Position numbers and translations under genes: made by a program. Shown here piece after piece: positions 1-13,700 of a stretch of 64,000 bases of DNA (positions within the stretch are counted from its first letter, which is position 1; every line of letters begins with the position of its first letter). This stretch comes from Dimorphilus gyrociliatus (Eukaryota > Animalia > Annelida): positions 3,602,684 to 3,666,683 of the forward strand of contig CAJFCJ010000019.1 of NCBI GenBank assembly GCA_904063045.1, written 5' to 3'. The notes under the pieces are model-generated. The model saw only the letters and a list, made by a program, of their open reading frames with translations, searched no databases and had not been told where the DNA came from.

Positions 1-3000
1 CTAATTCTTCAGCATGCGCTCTCTTCTTCAAGACTTGCTGTTTTAACTGAGCAATTCGTGTTTCCAAATCAAACGATTCATTTTCACTGTCATTATCTCG
101 CGTCGAAGGACTAAAATATGAAAAATTTTTCAATAAAGTGTAAATAACTTGCATTTTGAAAAATAATTAACGACGACATACCTGACATGTTCGCTAATAG
201 CGGATTGATTGTATGACGTATCCTCTTTTATTGAATCTGATGATTTGCTCGGTCCAGCTATTAAAATAAAAATTAATTGAAAAAAACAAAATGGCAAATG
301 TTTTATCTACACAAACCTTTTAATAATTCTGAAAAGTGTTCATCAAGATTCTTACGTTCGTAGACGGAAAGTGCTTCTTGCTCAAGAGCCCTAATACAAC
401 GTTCTTCGGCATCTAAGCGCTCTTTCCATTGTAACAATTCTTCAGCTTGCTTACGCCTTAATTTTAATTTCTGCTCTCGTTTGGTTAAATGTCTAACATA
501 AGTTAAAAAAAAAATTACTATTATGATCAATTGAATAGAAAATATGTTACTTTTCATGGATCTTGAATTTTTTCAATTTGCTTAAAACATTATCTCCAGA
601 TGGTGAGGTAACTTGCTTACTTACATCCGATTCCGAAGCTTTAATAAACAATAAAACTATACATATTTAAATATTTACTTAAAAAAATCATTTTACCTTT
701 AGGAGTTGTTTCTTCTTCAATACTTTGTTCAGTTGTCTGTTAGAAAAATATGTAAATGTATTAATAATATTTATAATAAACATAAATCTTACCTTCGATT
801 TATCATCTGTGAGAAATTCATCTCTATCCTTTGAAGATAATTTTGATTTTTGAATCTTTTTCTCCTATTTAATAAAAGAAGAAGATAGATTAGTTAAATT
901 AAATGATATATACGTAGAATATTCTTCTCTTGAAAGCAGGAGGGGGGAGGGAGAAGAGAGAGAAAAAAGCACACACAAATATACGCAGTCTACATATATA
1001 CATATATATATATGCCAATATGCAAAAAAGAAAACCAATATTTGAAACACTGTGTAAAAAAAACGCAAATATTTTTCTTCTTTATACTAGAATGAATCAT
1101 TTAGTTGTTTATTTGATATAATTTATTAAATTACAGAATAAACTAGGGAATAAAACAAAAAAAGAGCTTATAGTAATAATATATTGTAGATTATTTAAAC
1201 TAAATGATATTTTTTGATAAAGAAGAAAAAAAAGGGATCTTGATCGGATATAGGAATAAGGAATTGGTTTTGGGAAGAGGCTTTGAAATATTGCAGTAAG
1301 AGTAAGATTACGTTGAAAAGAGCGAAAAAAAAACTAGGACCGTGACCGATTAAACTGCATTATATATATAGCAAGTTTATATAATATAACAACGAGCGTG
1401 CGTTTAATGATTTATTTACCTTCCTTTCGCTCGATGGCAGAGGTTGGCGTTTACGCTCTGCCTGTCGACTACGATGCCATAACTGCCATGAAAGTTTTAG
1501 AAAGAGAAATATAGAGAAATTTGCTAAATTAAGCTTAATCTAAAGGTTTGACAGAAGAGGAGCTAATAAGAATAGCTAAACTATTTCTCACCTTTTCAGC
1601 ACGGAGACCCTTTAAAATAAGTCTTCTTTGAACGCTTGCTTGCTTCATTTCTGATTTTCGTCTTTCTATTTCGGCTTTTTCTTGTTCCAGTGACAATAAT
1701 ACAGATCGGCTACGTTTTTTTGGATAAGGATCATCCGTTCGACGATCTTTCCTACTTTGAGTTTGAGTCTTCTGCCATTCAAGTTCGGCTTTCATTTTTT
1801 CTTGTACAGCTTTCTCTCGTAATTTAAGAAGTGCCAATTGATGCTGGGATCTAAGCTCTTCTTCTGCAATATATTGTTTCAGCATATTGGCATTAAAAGC
1901 GGCAAATGAACCGGATGTGCTAAATGCCGTGTGACCTTCATTTTCGGTCTTTGAGATATCATTTATGCTAACTCCAGACACATCAGAGAGAGAACTTTTA
2001 ACACTATCGTAATGGACTTTTGACGGAAGAACTTCACTGAAACTCTTTTCGGCAATAGAATAATCGAATTCCATAGAGTAGTCTTCGTTTCTATCATTGT
2101 ATACGCTATCGGTTTGTATCTCTGCTGTTTTCCCATCATCGCTTCCTTCACTTAACGTATTTAAGTTCTCTTCAACAGACATGGTACTAGTCGATTTTTT
2201 TGGTAATTTCTCGCTAACGGATGATCGAGACTTCGTGTCTGATTTTCTTGATACATATTCGCTTATTGATGTTTTTATATGGCTTTGTGATCTTTCTGAT
2301 CGATCTGATCCTCTATTAATAAAAATTTTGATGTTAATTTAATTTAACAATTGAGCAATTATTGTTATTGTACAAACTTCAGAGCATCGCTTTCCTCCGA
2401 AATTGAACCGTCTGTTCTGGATTCAAGGGCTGAAGTTGCTTTTGAAGTGATTATACTCCTATATCGACAATAAAAAAATAGATAATACTTTTGAAAATAA
2501 TCGCTTATATAATTAAGTATGAAAAGCATACTCTGAATAAGAAGATTTTTGACTTTTTTCGCTTAAATCGTCATTGTCAAAAGTTTGACTATAAGACGGA
2601 GATGCACCATTAGATCTATAGGAAAATTGAGTGCTTCTATTTTCAAGTAGAGTTTTCTCAGTAGGCTTCGGCTGTATGCGTATGTAAATAATTTAAATAT
2701 AGCCCTAAAATATTCTCTCAAGCGAATAAACACACCTGCAGATGCTCTAAAGCGGCAGAAACAGCAGCTGTAGCGCTATGGCGGGCTATTTCACCTACAC
2801 TCTCTACGACACGCTCCTTAAAAGGAAAGAAAATAGAATTTAGGGGGAAAATAGATTAGACCTTCAATTAAAATGAAATAGAAAATAGAACTTTTTTCTT
2901 TTTATAAAAAAACTTTCTACTAATTATACCTGTAAGCGAGAGCTACGCTCAATTTGGTCCTTAAAAATGTCGCGCATATTTTCCCTCAAGTGATGTTTTT

Positions 3001-6000
3001 CTTCCGAGGTTTCATCCTTTGATCTATTTCGGGTATCTAGTAATTTTCTTTCATGGTCTAATTTAGCTTCTGCTAGAGACCTTTCGCTATCGAATCTATG
3101 CTGTTGAGCTTTCAACTCTAATTCGGCCATTCGCTGTGAATGTTGTATTTCTTGAGTTTTTAATATTTGAGCCAAAGAAACACTTTCTTGTTTAGCGAGC
3201 GTAACATCGCGTAGATTTTCAACACCTTCAAGCTGCTTATAATGAGCATCAACTCCTTCGTACAAATCTAATTCGGCTGCTAGACGTCTTTCGAGTGTAG
3301 ACGGTGAATAGCGACCGCAAATCGGATCCAATTTATCTGACGAAAGGTCGTTGTAGGAATCATTTAGGTCATCACTGAGTATATTTGTTAATGTTTCTTC
3401 ACTAATACTAGCTTCACTTTGATCGGTTTTCACAGAATCAAACATTTTGGAATCTAACGGGGTATGAGCATTGTCGTCTTCATAGACGATTTCTTTTTGA
3501 TAAATTTCAGAGAGAGATTCCCTGCTTTTATCCATGGAAGATGCAAGTAAAGGCATCTCTAAATTTGGTGCTCCAAATTTATTTTCTACTACTGCTCCAA
3601 TTTCCGAGGCATCACTGTGTCTGGACTCAACTTTAGGTATATTATCATCAAGTTCCGTAGTTGAAACTGTAAAACAAAATTATTTAATAAATTATTCCTA
3701 GTGTTCAATTGAATTATTTTTAATTTCCCGAAAACAAACCTCGATATTTTTGCCTTTCCAAGATATTCAGAACATTATATCTATCAGATCTGGTTTGTAG
3801 ATCAACGTGATCTAATCCCCTATTAAGTTTTTCGTATTTAGATGAAATCTTGTTTGGATTTCGAATGTTATCACACCTAGTGAAAGTTGCCGGTTTCCGA
3901 ATGCTTGACTAATATTGAAGAGAATATATTAAAAATACACAAAAAAAACAAGCAAACAACTCGTATCTAAAACTTACAGGTTCGAGATCGTAATACTCTG
4001 GCATATCTTTATCAATATCAAAGGAATCGAGGTCCTCCCGTTGCTTTAATATCGATAATAATATAATATTAACTCAATACAATTAATTATTAACTAACCA
4101 ATTCTCTTCCATTTAAGTCGTCTCCTCCTCCAAGTAAACTTGTTGGTAAATTAGCATATTCATTATCATAGCGTTTGCTTGCCAGAGCTCTTAGTCCCTC
4201 AACACCGGGAACAGTCTCAGGATCCTCGTCAATACTTTTATCGTTATCAACCTCAATACTTTTTGCAATATACTCTTTTGGTAAAGTTGAATCAGGTACT
4301 GTTAAGTCGGTATTCGTATGCATAAACATATTAATTTTGTTGACTTCCATTTTTAATTTGCTTTGCAATTCCGATGCTGTTTTACATAGAGCAGCTAACC
4401 TGTCTCTCTTGGACGTTTGTCTCTGTCTACTTTTAGGGGCACTTTCGGGTGTTGGTTCTGGTTCACCTTGGCTAGCAGGCGGTGAAGCATATTTTTTTAT
4501 TAATTCATCTACTGAACTGGAAGAGCTTTTTGGCACAGTTTTGCTGATGTAACGATCAATTAAATTATCAATACTCGAATCATGAGCTAAGCCGCTTCTA
4601 TAATTAATAATATAATCAAACTTAGTACGATTAAAAGAACATTACTCACGAATTAGCGCTGGAGTGGGGTGCAGAATGGATAATACAACTATTGTCTGGG
4701 GTGATTGCGCTTACGTTAGATTGATCAGTTAGAGTTTTAGTTCTGGCGTATTTTGTTTGAGAAGATTCTCTTTGCTTCTTATAAATATCCTATAGGGATT
4801 AAACAAAGAAAAGGTAATTTATATAAAGCCCAAAATAACTTTATATCTAAATAATTCTTTACCTGTAATTGCTTTAATTTCATTTCTTGTAATTTCTTTT
4901 TCTCCTCTCTTTCCAATTCCATTTGTTTTTTCCTTTCATTCTTTTGCTTTTTTATATATTCCTGAACTTGTTTTGAATCAGTTCTTCTAACTCTTGCCGC
5001 AACAATTTCGGCTTCAACTTGTTGTATTTTTGCCCTCTCACTCCTTCTTTCTTTAGAAAAATGATTCTTTCTTTTAATATCATCCAAAACTGAACGAGCT
5101 TCAGCCGATAAGTTCTTTTCGCTTATTTCCCTGACTGTGTCTAATTTTCAATTTATTTGTAAATTAAAAGAGTGAAAATAGGGTCATAAAAATGTCAATA
5201 ATTTACCTCCTCCCTCTATCTTTACAACTCGCTTCTCCAAGCGTGGAGCGGGCCCTATTTCATCCTTAACAGCTTGTTGACCTTCCCGCCAGCAATTTGT
5301 GGTGATTAAGTCTATGAGGGTGAACGTTTAATGGTATATGCGGGCTAAAAATATAAATCATCTAAACTACCTGACTTTTCCGGTTTGCTTTTCGCAAGTA
5401 TCCTATTTGATTTTTGTGGAGCAGGTTTCGTTTCAAGTTCATCATTAGAAAAGTCCCTAGATAATTTCGGTCTTGCAGGCTTCTTGGCGCCGGATGCCGA
5501 ACGCTTTACAGCTAATTAATGAACAATAATTTTTTCGATTAACTTACAAAAATTAAATAATAGTATAAAAAAAGAATTAAAAATTTTTACCAGCTCGAAC
5601 TGGTTCATTAAATCCTTTGTAAGTGGGTCGAGTAGATCCAGTAGCAATTTTACGAACTTTAGTTGTTGTATTTTGATTTTCATATAAATCGTACATTTTT
5701 GGGGTTACACGTTCTTCGTCGTTGTGAACCTTTTTGCCTGAGCTCTTTCTCTGTTCCTCTATAGTTTGATGGAGTTTTGAGAGGTGATCATCGCTTAAAT
5801 TTAATCCGGGAGCAGCTTTTGGCGTGTCATTCAGAAATCTGACGCTTGTAGAGCTATAATCATCTTCATTTTGCGTGCCATTATTTAGAGAATAATCTGA
5901 AACTCGTTTACCATAGACCATGTCAAGTCGAGGATAACTTTCTGAACTTGTGTTGGATATATAACTTGGTAAACGGTCTACGGAGTTTCTTTCTGAGTTG

Positions 6001-6229
6001 GCCCTCTCTTCAGTTCTAATGAGCTGTTTACGTAACATTTAGAGTTATCTTAAGTTTATAAACAACAGATGATAAGATAAAATATTCGGCATACCAAATT
6101 TTTAGCTTGTCCCATTGTATTCCATGCCGAAGCTATATCCGATAAATCCAAAGCTTCACCGTAAGCTGACATGCTTCGGATCGTTGGCTTGTAGTCTGCC
6201 GTCCTTCTACCTTTAATCGGCACGTTCAT
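1..6229 (-). CDS. CEP350: Centrosomal protein CEP350 orthologue, multi-exon, 3' end runs off the left edge of the window
   Basis: Exons encode RYSPSTLERRLAAEL...LAKQESVSLAQILK, KQYIAEEELRSQHQLALLKLREKAVQEKMKAELEW and RRKQAEELLQWKERLDAEE, matching remembered CEP350 blocks. The first coding exon (ATG 6229, ...SAWNTMGQAKNL) splices to the ORF at 5577-6038. Exons 182-258 and 1-110 continue the frame. Confidence 0.88.
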
Positions 6230-6502
6230 CTGCAGTCAATGGGAAGAAATAATGAAAAGCCGGGCGAAAGCAATTTCTTGTTTGAGACAAAAAACATTGA
6301 GGTTTGGCAACCGTTAGCGCACTGCTTGTTCGGGCACGCAGCAGTAGGCAAATTCGCCCACTTTCGGATGCAAAATAGTTATTTATAATAAAAATATAAA
6401 TAACGTTTCACTAGATGGTAAGAGAATTACCATCGATTAATTAACTATTTAAAATACCTTGTTAAATCTGTGTGCCACACTAAACAAAAATAACTCAAAA
6501 AA

Positions 6503-6513
6503 CCGCCATTTTG
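6503..6513 (-). promoter_or_regulatory. YY1/TISU-like motif CAAAATGGCGG upstream of CEP350
   Basis: Exact CCGCCATTTTG on the + strand; similar motifs recur near five other gene starts. Confidence 0.5.
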
Positions 6514-6703
6514 AAGTTTTATGTGGACACTGCTCCTGATCGGAATACAAAGTGAAACCGGAAACAGTAAAAAATAGCGGGGAACGTTTTAAGTTTTATC
6601 TATGGAAAATAATCCTTTTTGCTCCTCTGTATTTCTTTAATAATAAAAAAAATAATAATAAGTATTAGGGGAAGTAATAATAAGTTATTTTCAGTTGTTT
6701 TGG

Positions 6704-9336
6704 TTATCTTAAAGTTCTGTTTTGTAATTCTATTTTTATATCGTTCAATAAGTTCTGACTTATAGAATTACCAGGTGTTAAAGTTATAACGGTTAAACTT
6801 TTGTTTTCATTTTGGATGATTTCTAAGAGTAGCTGAGCTCCTTCGTCCGTGATGTTGTTGTTTTCTAAATCAACAGATGTTAGTACATCATTCACTCGAA
6901 GCGAGTCGCAAAAAACAATCAAATTACGATCAGTCAAACCACATTTATCCAATGAGAGTGTGCGTAAAACTTTCGAATCACCAAGTGTCTTGAAAAGCTT
7001 ATTCCATGTGCTTTCAGTAGCGGAATTAAAGGATAAACTTATATTCACCAATTTATTTTCCTGTTCAATTAATTTTGAAAGTATTTTAACACCTGCGCCT
7101 TCTATTTCACAATCACTTAAATCGAGTTGCCTCAGAGAAGATAAATTGTTACTTATGAGAGTTTCAACGACTTGAGTACATCCCCTTCCTCCCAACTTAA
7201 AATTACTTAACAGTAAATATTCGATATTTGTCTGTGCTTGTAAAATCCTTGCAAGATGCGGAATTGCTTCAGGCGTTAATTGATTCTTATTTAAATTTAA
7301 CGTCTTTAAAGTTGGTGGTACGTCTGGTGCCGATAAAACATTCGCTAAAACTTCCAAGTGTGCGTTTGTTATGTTGGCGTTAATGAGCGTTAGCTGCTCA
7401 ACTTTCCCTTCCATTAAATCGGCAAGTTGTTTAGTTTGATCCACACTCAATTCTGTGTTGACAAATTCTATCGACGTAGGATCTTCACGAGCCCTCTCAA
7501 ACTCTTTTTCAAATGGCTTATCATAATCTTCGTGTTCACTATCAGTTTCTTCCTCTTCTTGATCACTTTCATCTTCCTTTCCTGATGTTTGTTTTTCCTC
7601 TTTTGGATTCTCCTCTCTTATCAGCAGCGTGGGACCATTACGGGCGCTATCAGAATCGTCTAGTTCGTCTTCGTCGTCAGAAGTTGAATATTCCGAATCT
7701 TCAGTACTCGACAGGGTATTTAGAGGTGAACTTGGTTCTAATTTTAATGAGAGTTCATATTAATTGGAATTATAATAAAAAAAGACTTACTTAATTCCAA
7801 AATCTGCTTCAACTGTTCTTGAACTTCAGACATGGTATTATTGGCTGAAATATTTTCTGCATGAGGTATATTGTCGTCAAAATGCAATTGCTTGTTTGTT
7901 TTGCCAGCAGCTGCATCAGATTTCTTCCATAGGGGCCGGCTACCTTTTCGAAATCTTGGTGACGAAGCGTCACTACTGGTGTCATTATCCTCACCACTTT
8001 TAGAATCTGGAGAATCTTCTTTATCTTTTGCAGTTTCTTCGTTTTTTAATTTAATTTTCCTTGGTATGAAAGGATCTGTGTCTGGTCCTGATTGAAGCTT
8101 TTGAACAGTTTGTTCTTTAATAGACTCTTCGTTTTGACTGTTGTTTCCCGCATGAGGTACATTATCGACAAAATGCAATTGCTCGTTGGTTTTGCCAGCA
8201 GCTGCATCAGGTTTTTTCCGTAGGTATCGGCTACCTTTTCGAAATCTTGGTGATGAAGCGTTACTACTGGTGTCTTTATCCTCACCACTTTTAGAATCTG
8301 GAGAATCTTCTTTGTCTTTTGCAGTTTTTTCGTTTTTTAATTTATGTTTCCTTGGCATGAAGGGATCTGTATCTAGTCTTGATTGAAGCTTTTGAACAGT
8401 TTGTTCTTTAATAGACTCTTCGTTTTCACTGTTGTTTTCAGCATGAGGCACTCTATCGCCAGAATGCATTTGCATAAACTCTGTATTTGGAACTTGTTGT
8501 TCGTTAAATGCTTCTTTATTTTCAGTATTTTTTCCAGCTGTATTAGATTCTTCTTCTGACGAAGTAAGAGATATTTCAGTACTTTTGTCCCTGTCAGCTG
8601 CAGTGTTTCTATCACTTTTACTTGCGCCCCTGTGTTTGGATTTTTTATCTGTATCACTTTCATTGTTCTTTTCTTTTTCCTTTTCTCTTTCCTCTTGTTT
8701 CCCTTCTCTTTCTTCTTGCTCCTCTGTTTTATCTCCTCCCTCTGCTCTTTCAAATGAGTTTCCATTATTTAATTCTCTGGCGACAGTCCTACGTAAAGGA
8801 GTTGGTGTCAACGTTCTTTCATTTGCTCCTGAAGAGTTACTTCGATAAGAAAACATGGAATTGGTATCAGAATCACTTCTGGCTGATAATTTCTTCGACT
8901 GCCTTTGGGATCTTGGTGTGGAAGAAGCGGTAGACGCAAATGAAGATCTCCTCGACGGCACAGAATCAGACTCATCACTTTCGTCCCGTTCATAGACAAT
9001 AGAAACTTTCGATTTAGGTGTTATCTCTTCGACGGCTGTCTCTGAAACCACTGTTTCCTGTGTTTGAATTATTTCTTTAACTTCTGTTTCTTGCGCTATA
9101 AACCTGTCTTCAGCTGCTATTTCCACTTTTTCAATTTTTTCACTAATAGGAACACTTTGACTATTTGTATCAGTAGAATTGCTGTCAAGAGAGTGTTGTC
9201 TTCGTCTTTTAGCCTCCCTTCTTGTAATACTTTTTACTTTGGGAGTTTTCTTAATGTCATCCAAACCAGGTATCGGAGAAGTAGGTTCGTTATAAACTGT
9301 AGTTTTCCCATAAGAGACTGATTTCACTATAGACAT
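6704..9336 (-). CDS. Two-exon ~859 aa protein: ~600 aa disordered, charged N-terminus plus C-terminal RNI-like LRR domain (LRRC73-like)
   Basis: ORFs 7744-9342 and 6704-7450 join in frame via GT-AG intron 7738-7790. The first true ATG is 9336 (the track start is TTG). LRR motifs LRQLDLSDC, LRTLSLDKCGL and VDLENNNITDEGAQLLLEII...GNSIS resemble remembered LRRC73. Confidence 0.75.
7855..8448 (-). repeat. Coding tandem duplication, 291 bp (97 aa) period, about 2 copies
   Basis: GCATGAGG anchors at 7859, 8150 and 8441. The peptide PHAxNNS.NEESIKEQTVQKLQS...KTNxQLHF is repeated with few substitutions. Confidence 0.95.
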
Positions 9337-10768
9337 AGACAAAGTTTGAGAAAACTGAGAAAATTCTTATTTAAACAAATGACCTACTGTATTTATCTTT
9401 ACCGAAAGTTTAAGTAGGATATTAAAGAAACCGACGTGCGATAAATAAATAGAAAATTATTGATTTGATTTGTATGTTTTCTTTTATTTATAATAAAACA
9501 AAATACAAAATAGAGGTTTGGTTTTATTTCATATTTCTTACAATATTTATAGTATAGTTAAATATAATAAAATACTCAAGCGAATTACTTTTCTAGACGT
9601 CTAGAAACAACAGGAAACTAGAGGAAAGAAGTCAAGAAAAAAGGTAAAAAGTGTTGAATAAATAAATATACCCTTAAACGATTACTATCGCATATTTATT
9701 TATAGATATGTGTATAATTTGATTCTAAATAACTAGAAGAATGGCAAACAAGATTGTTTTTATCATGCAAAAATAGATAAGAGACGGATTAACAGTATAA
9801 ATATTATATAATCTAATTATTAATTACTAATTAATGCTTATATATTAAAGTTAAAAAAAATTAGATAGACTATTTTTTATCCCTCCTTATCTTTTGTTTT
9901 CTTTAAAATATTCACTATAGAAACACACAAACACAAAAGAAAACATAAAAAAGTAGATTGTACAGATAAAACTACAAGAAATTGAAAATGTTTAATATTT
10001 TTTTTTCATATTTGTGACAGAATATTTGTCCAATCAATCTGCAAAAAACAAAGCAAACGTGGTTTGTAGAAATAAAAATCATTTAAAACTCTTTTTTTAT
10101 TTACACAAAAAATAAATAAAAAACTGAAACTTTTAGATTTTTTTTGGTTTTCTTTAACTGTTTTTATGTGTTTTTTGCACAAGAAAAAAGTATATACATA
10201 CATTATATATATATGTAAATATATGTAAATACATGCAAATATATATATATATATATTATATACTTTTTTATATATAAACAAAAAAAAACCTAAAAATTAT
10301 CTATACAGTTTAATTATTCAGTGTATATACTGTATATATATACAGCATATATTGAAACATTAAATGTCCATCCCTTCCCATCCTACTGTAAGTAATTGTG
10401 AAAGCAAAGGTGAAAATAAAAATGCTTTGAAGGTCATGAAATAATAATAGGAGAATTGAATTTATTAATAGTATTTTTCTTTTCAGCTTGTTTCTTTTTT
10501 TAAAGCCGAAACCTTAAAGACTATTCTTTTTTTATTCTATTTGCTTTAAAGCATTAATTAAACTTAATTATATGGAATATATTAATAGTATTATTAGTTG
10601 TTTTGATAACATAGTAATATTTGAAAGCGTTTCTTATTGATTAATTAACTATATCAAAGCGGTGTTGGCAGAAAAATCATAATTGTTTTTTTAAAAAAAA
10701 ATAAGTCTAATTTCAAAAGGCTAAGCATATTGTTTAAAATATACTTTTTTGATGAATTAAAGACTTAC

Positions 10769-13700
10769 TCTTAGTTTTTGATGCGTCTGATTCGTCTGAA
10801 GAGGCTCTGCTACTTGAATCATCTGAATCCGAAGAAGTACTAGTTTCTGAATTTCTTGAATCGTTTCTTGAACCTTCATCGTGATTTTCAAAGTCATCTT
10901 CATACTTTTCTTCTATTATTTGGAAAAAAAAAATTAATTAACTTCTTTTCTCAGAAAATAAAAATAAATTGTTCTTTCTATAATTTAATTTGATTGATAA
11001 AGCTATAAAAGAAGCGAAAGATAGCGACGAAACCTTTTTTGGTCTCATCTATTGGGTCTTCTATATGTTCTGGCCCGGAATGGTTGGAATCTTCGTCCGA
11101 AGACTCATTGCTGCTCTCTCGATCGTCGTGGATACCTATGCAAAAGGTTTTTGAAAGCATGAAAGCATGGAAGCAAGCATAATAGATAAATAGCCTAAGG
11201 AAAGCATATGAATTTAAATCGAGTACGAGTCATATGAAAGAGTGACGCTTTTGTGTTGACTTTTCGAGTGATAGACTAACTCTTCTGTTGTTTTGGTTGT
11301 TCTTCGAATTTAACGCTTGCCCTAGCTGATGAATTTCTTCTGTTACTTTGAGATTCTGTATCAGATTTATATTTCAAAACTGATTTCAATGAAGAAGTTG
11401 ACTGAGGACGGCTCAAAAGTGATTTATCTCGAGTTATTATATCAGTGTTTTCTCGTCTTTCTACAAAGATATTTCCATCGGTTCTCGAGTTACTTTCAAC
11501 AACTGAATTCGTTACCGATTCAGAATCATCGGCATCATTTGTATTTTCAGTTTTTGTAGTCTTACTGGTAGCTGTTGTCGGTGTTGTTGCTTCTGTTTTT
11601 GTATTACTCTCAGTAACCGAAGTCGTTGCCGATTCAGAAGCATTGGAATCATTTGTGTTTTCAGTTCTCGCAGTCTTACTTGTAGCTGTTGTCGGTGTTG
11701 TTGCTTCTGTTTTTGTATTACTCTCAGTAACTGAAGTCGTTGCCGATTCTGATGAGTCAGAATCATTTGTATTTTCAGTTCTCGTAGTCTTACTTGTAGC
11801 TGTTGTTGGTGTTGTTGCTTCTGTTTTCGTATTACTCTCAGTCACTGAAGTCGTTGCCGATTCTGAAGAGTCAGAATCATTTGTATTTTCAGTTCTCGTA
11901 GTCTTACTGGTTGCTGTTGTTGGTGTTGCTGTTTCCGTTTGTGTCTCTGTTTCATTTTCTGATTCTGATTCTGATTCTGAATCTGAAGACGAACTACTGC
12001 TATCTTCGCTTTCCGATGAAGAAGATCCGGTTTCCATAGTTCTCTCAGTCGAAGTCGCATTTGTTCGACTTGCTGCAGTTGCAATTGTAGTAGACTGATC
12101 ACTTTCAGAGTCAGATCCTGAGTCATTAGTTCTAGTTTGGGATGATGTAGCTTCTGTAGACTGACGACTATGGGTATCTCTTGTTTTGGTAGCTGAAGTT
12201 GAACTTTCCTCAGTATTTGTTGTAGCTTTAGCTGTTTTTGTTTCCTCATCAATTCCGTCCTCTTTATTAGAATCAGTACTCTCATTTAAAGCACTCCATT
12301 TTTCCTTTAAAAGCTGTTCCTCCTCATCATAATTCTCCTGTAAATTTAGCCTTAACATTTTTTTTAACTTTCTCTCTCTTCTCATCTTGTATTCTTCATC
12401 AGTACTCTCCCCAGTTTGAATCAGTTTTGCTTTCAACTTTCGCCTACGAGATATTTCTTCCCTTGGACTTCCCTCACTTAAAGTTTCCCACTCAGAACTA
12501 CTATCTAAGTAATTATCTACTATTTAAACTACGGTTCAATCATGGAAGATGTTCGAAAATTAAAAGAGGAAAGAAATTTTGGATAGAAAGAAGAAAATAG
12601 CATCTCTTACCTTCATAATTAGGTGGAATATCACCTTCTATGGGAACATTCAATGCAGGATCGTTAGATTGTTGAGTTTTATTCTTCGAAGATGTACGAT
12701 TGTTGGAATATTTATTTTCTCTTCCAGTTTCAGAGACAGGTACTTTAATGTCGTCTTCTTTAGTTTGGGGACTTCGGGGGGCTTTTTTAGTTTTCCTTTT
12801 CTTTTTCTTACTTTCTTGATTTAGCTTTTCTCCAACCAGACATTTGTAACACGGTGCTGCTCCTTCAACACTAACCATACCAAAATGGCCTTTCTTGCAA
12901 CCTAGATGCCTTCCAACAGAATGCTTGTATTCGCAACAAGTGCTTATCCTGCTATCTTTAACTCCATTTATGTAAAAGGTTAAGGAAAACGGGAAGCCTT
13001 TGTGACGTCTTGAGAAAAACTTAAAGTCACTGTTGGAAGCTAGCCGTTCTTTAAATACAATCAATGTATTACCGCCACAGTGTTGTTGTTCAACAACAAT
13101 TTCATCTTTTCCGTCGTCAAAACGTTCATAGTCCAATTTTAAATCTCGACCAAAATAGTGCATTGCTACTGTTGCAAAAGTTTGCATTTTTTCTTGGTAT
13201 TTTACAGCTGGTTCGCATCTATGGAGCATTAAATTCCCTTCAATACTTGCTTCTTCCTTAGTTTCATTCGTCTCTTTCGGAACGTGAGCCTTTTTTGATT
13301 TTCTAGTATTCCTCTTGCCTGAACCACGAGGGGTGGCTTTTGGTGGTGATGGAGCCATTAGTCCATTAAAATGAGGATACGTATAAGGTGAAGGTATTTG
13401 GTCACCATCAAGGTTTTGTGTTCTAAAATAATTTTCTAATGATCTTCTTGGGAGCTATTTATTTTAAACGGAAAGAAGGATTTTATTATAAAGGGAATAA
13501 TTAATTTATCGAAGTTATTTTAAATGGATGGCTCACACTGCGCAGATGTTTGTCATCAATTTCATCACTTGGATAGGCAACCCTTCCTCTTGAGCCGACA
13601 CTAGAACTTGGGCGTCGCCTTCCAGATATGCTATCGTTGGTAGAATACTAAAAGAAAATAAAAAGGTTTAGCGATTTTAACAATTTCTTTCAATAAATAA

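Noticed and set aside
865-1121. Short ORFs here and at 10006-10281
   Set aside because: They arise from (AT)n/(AC)n low-complexity intronic or UTR sequence.
4175-9321. + strand ORFs (4175-4552, 6849-7175, 7513-7794, 7871-8933, 9064-9321)
   Set aside because: They are antisense to well-supported exons and show no independent motifs.
11505-11930. Regular repeats suggestive of a CRISPR array
   Set aside because: These are 114 bp coding tandem repeats without unique spacers, in a eukaryotic gene, with no cas genes.
11445-12098. Very hydrophobic + strand ORF with repeats, resembling a membrane protein
   Set aside because: It is the antisense shadow of the Thr/Ser-rich ERICH3 repeat exon.
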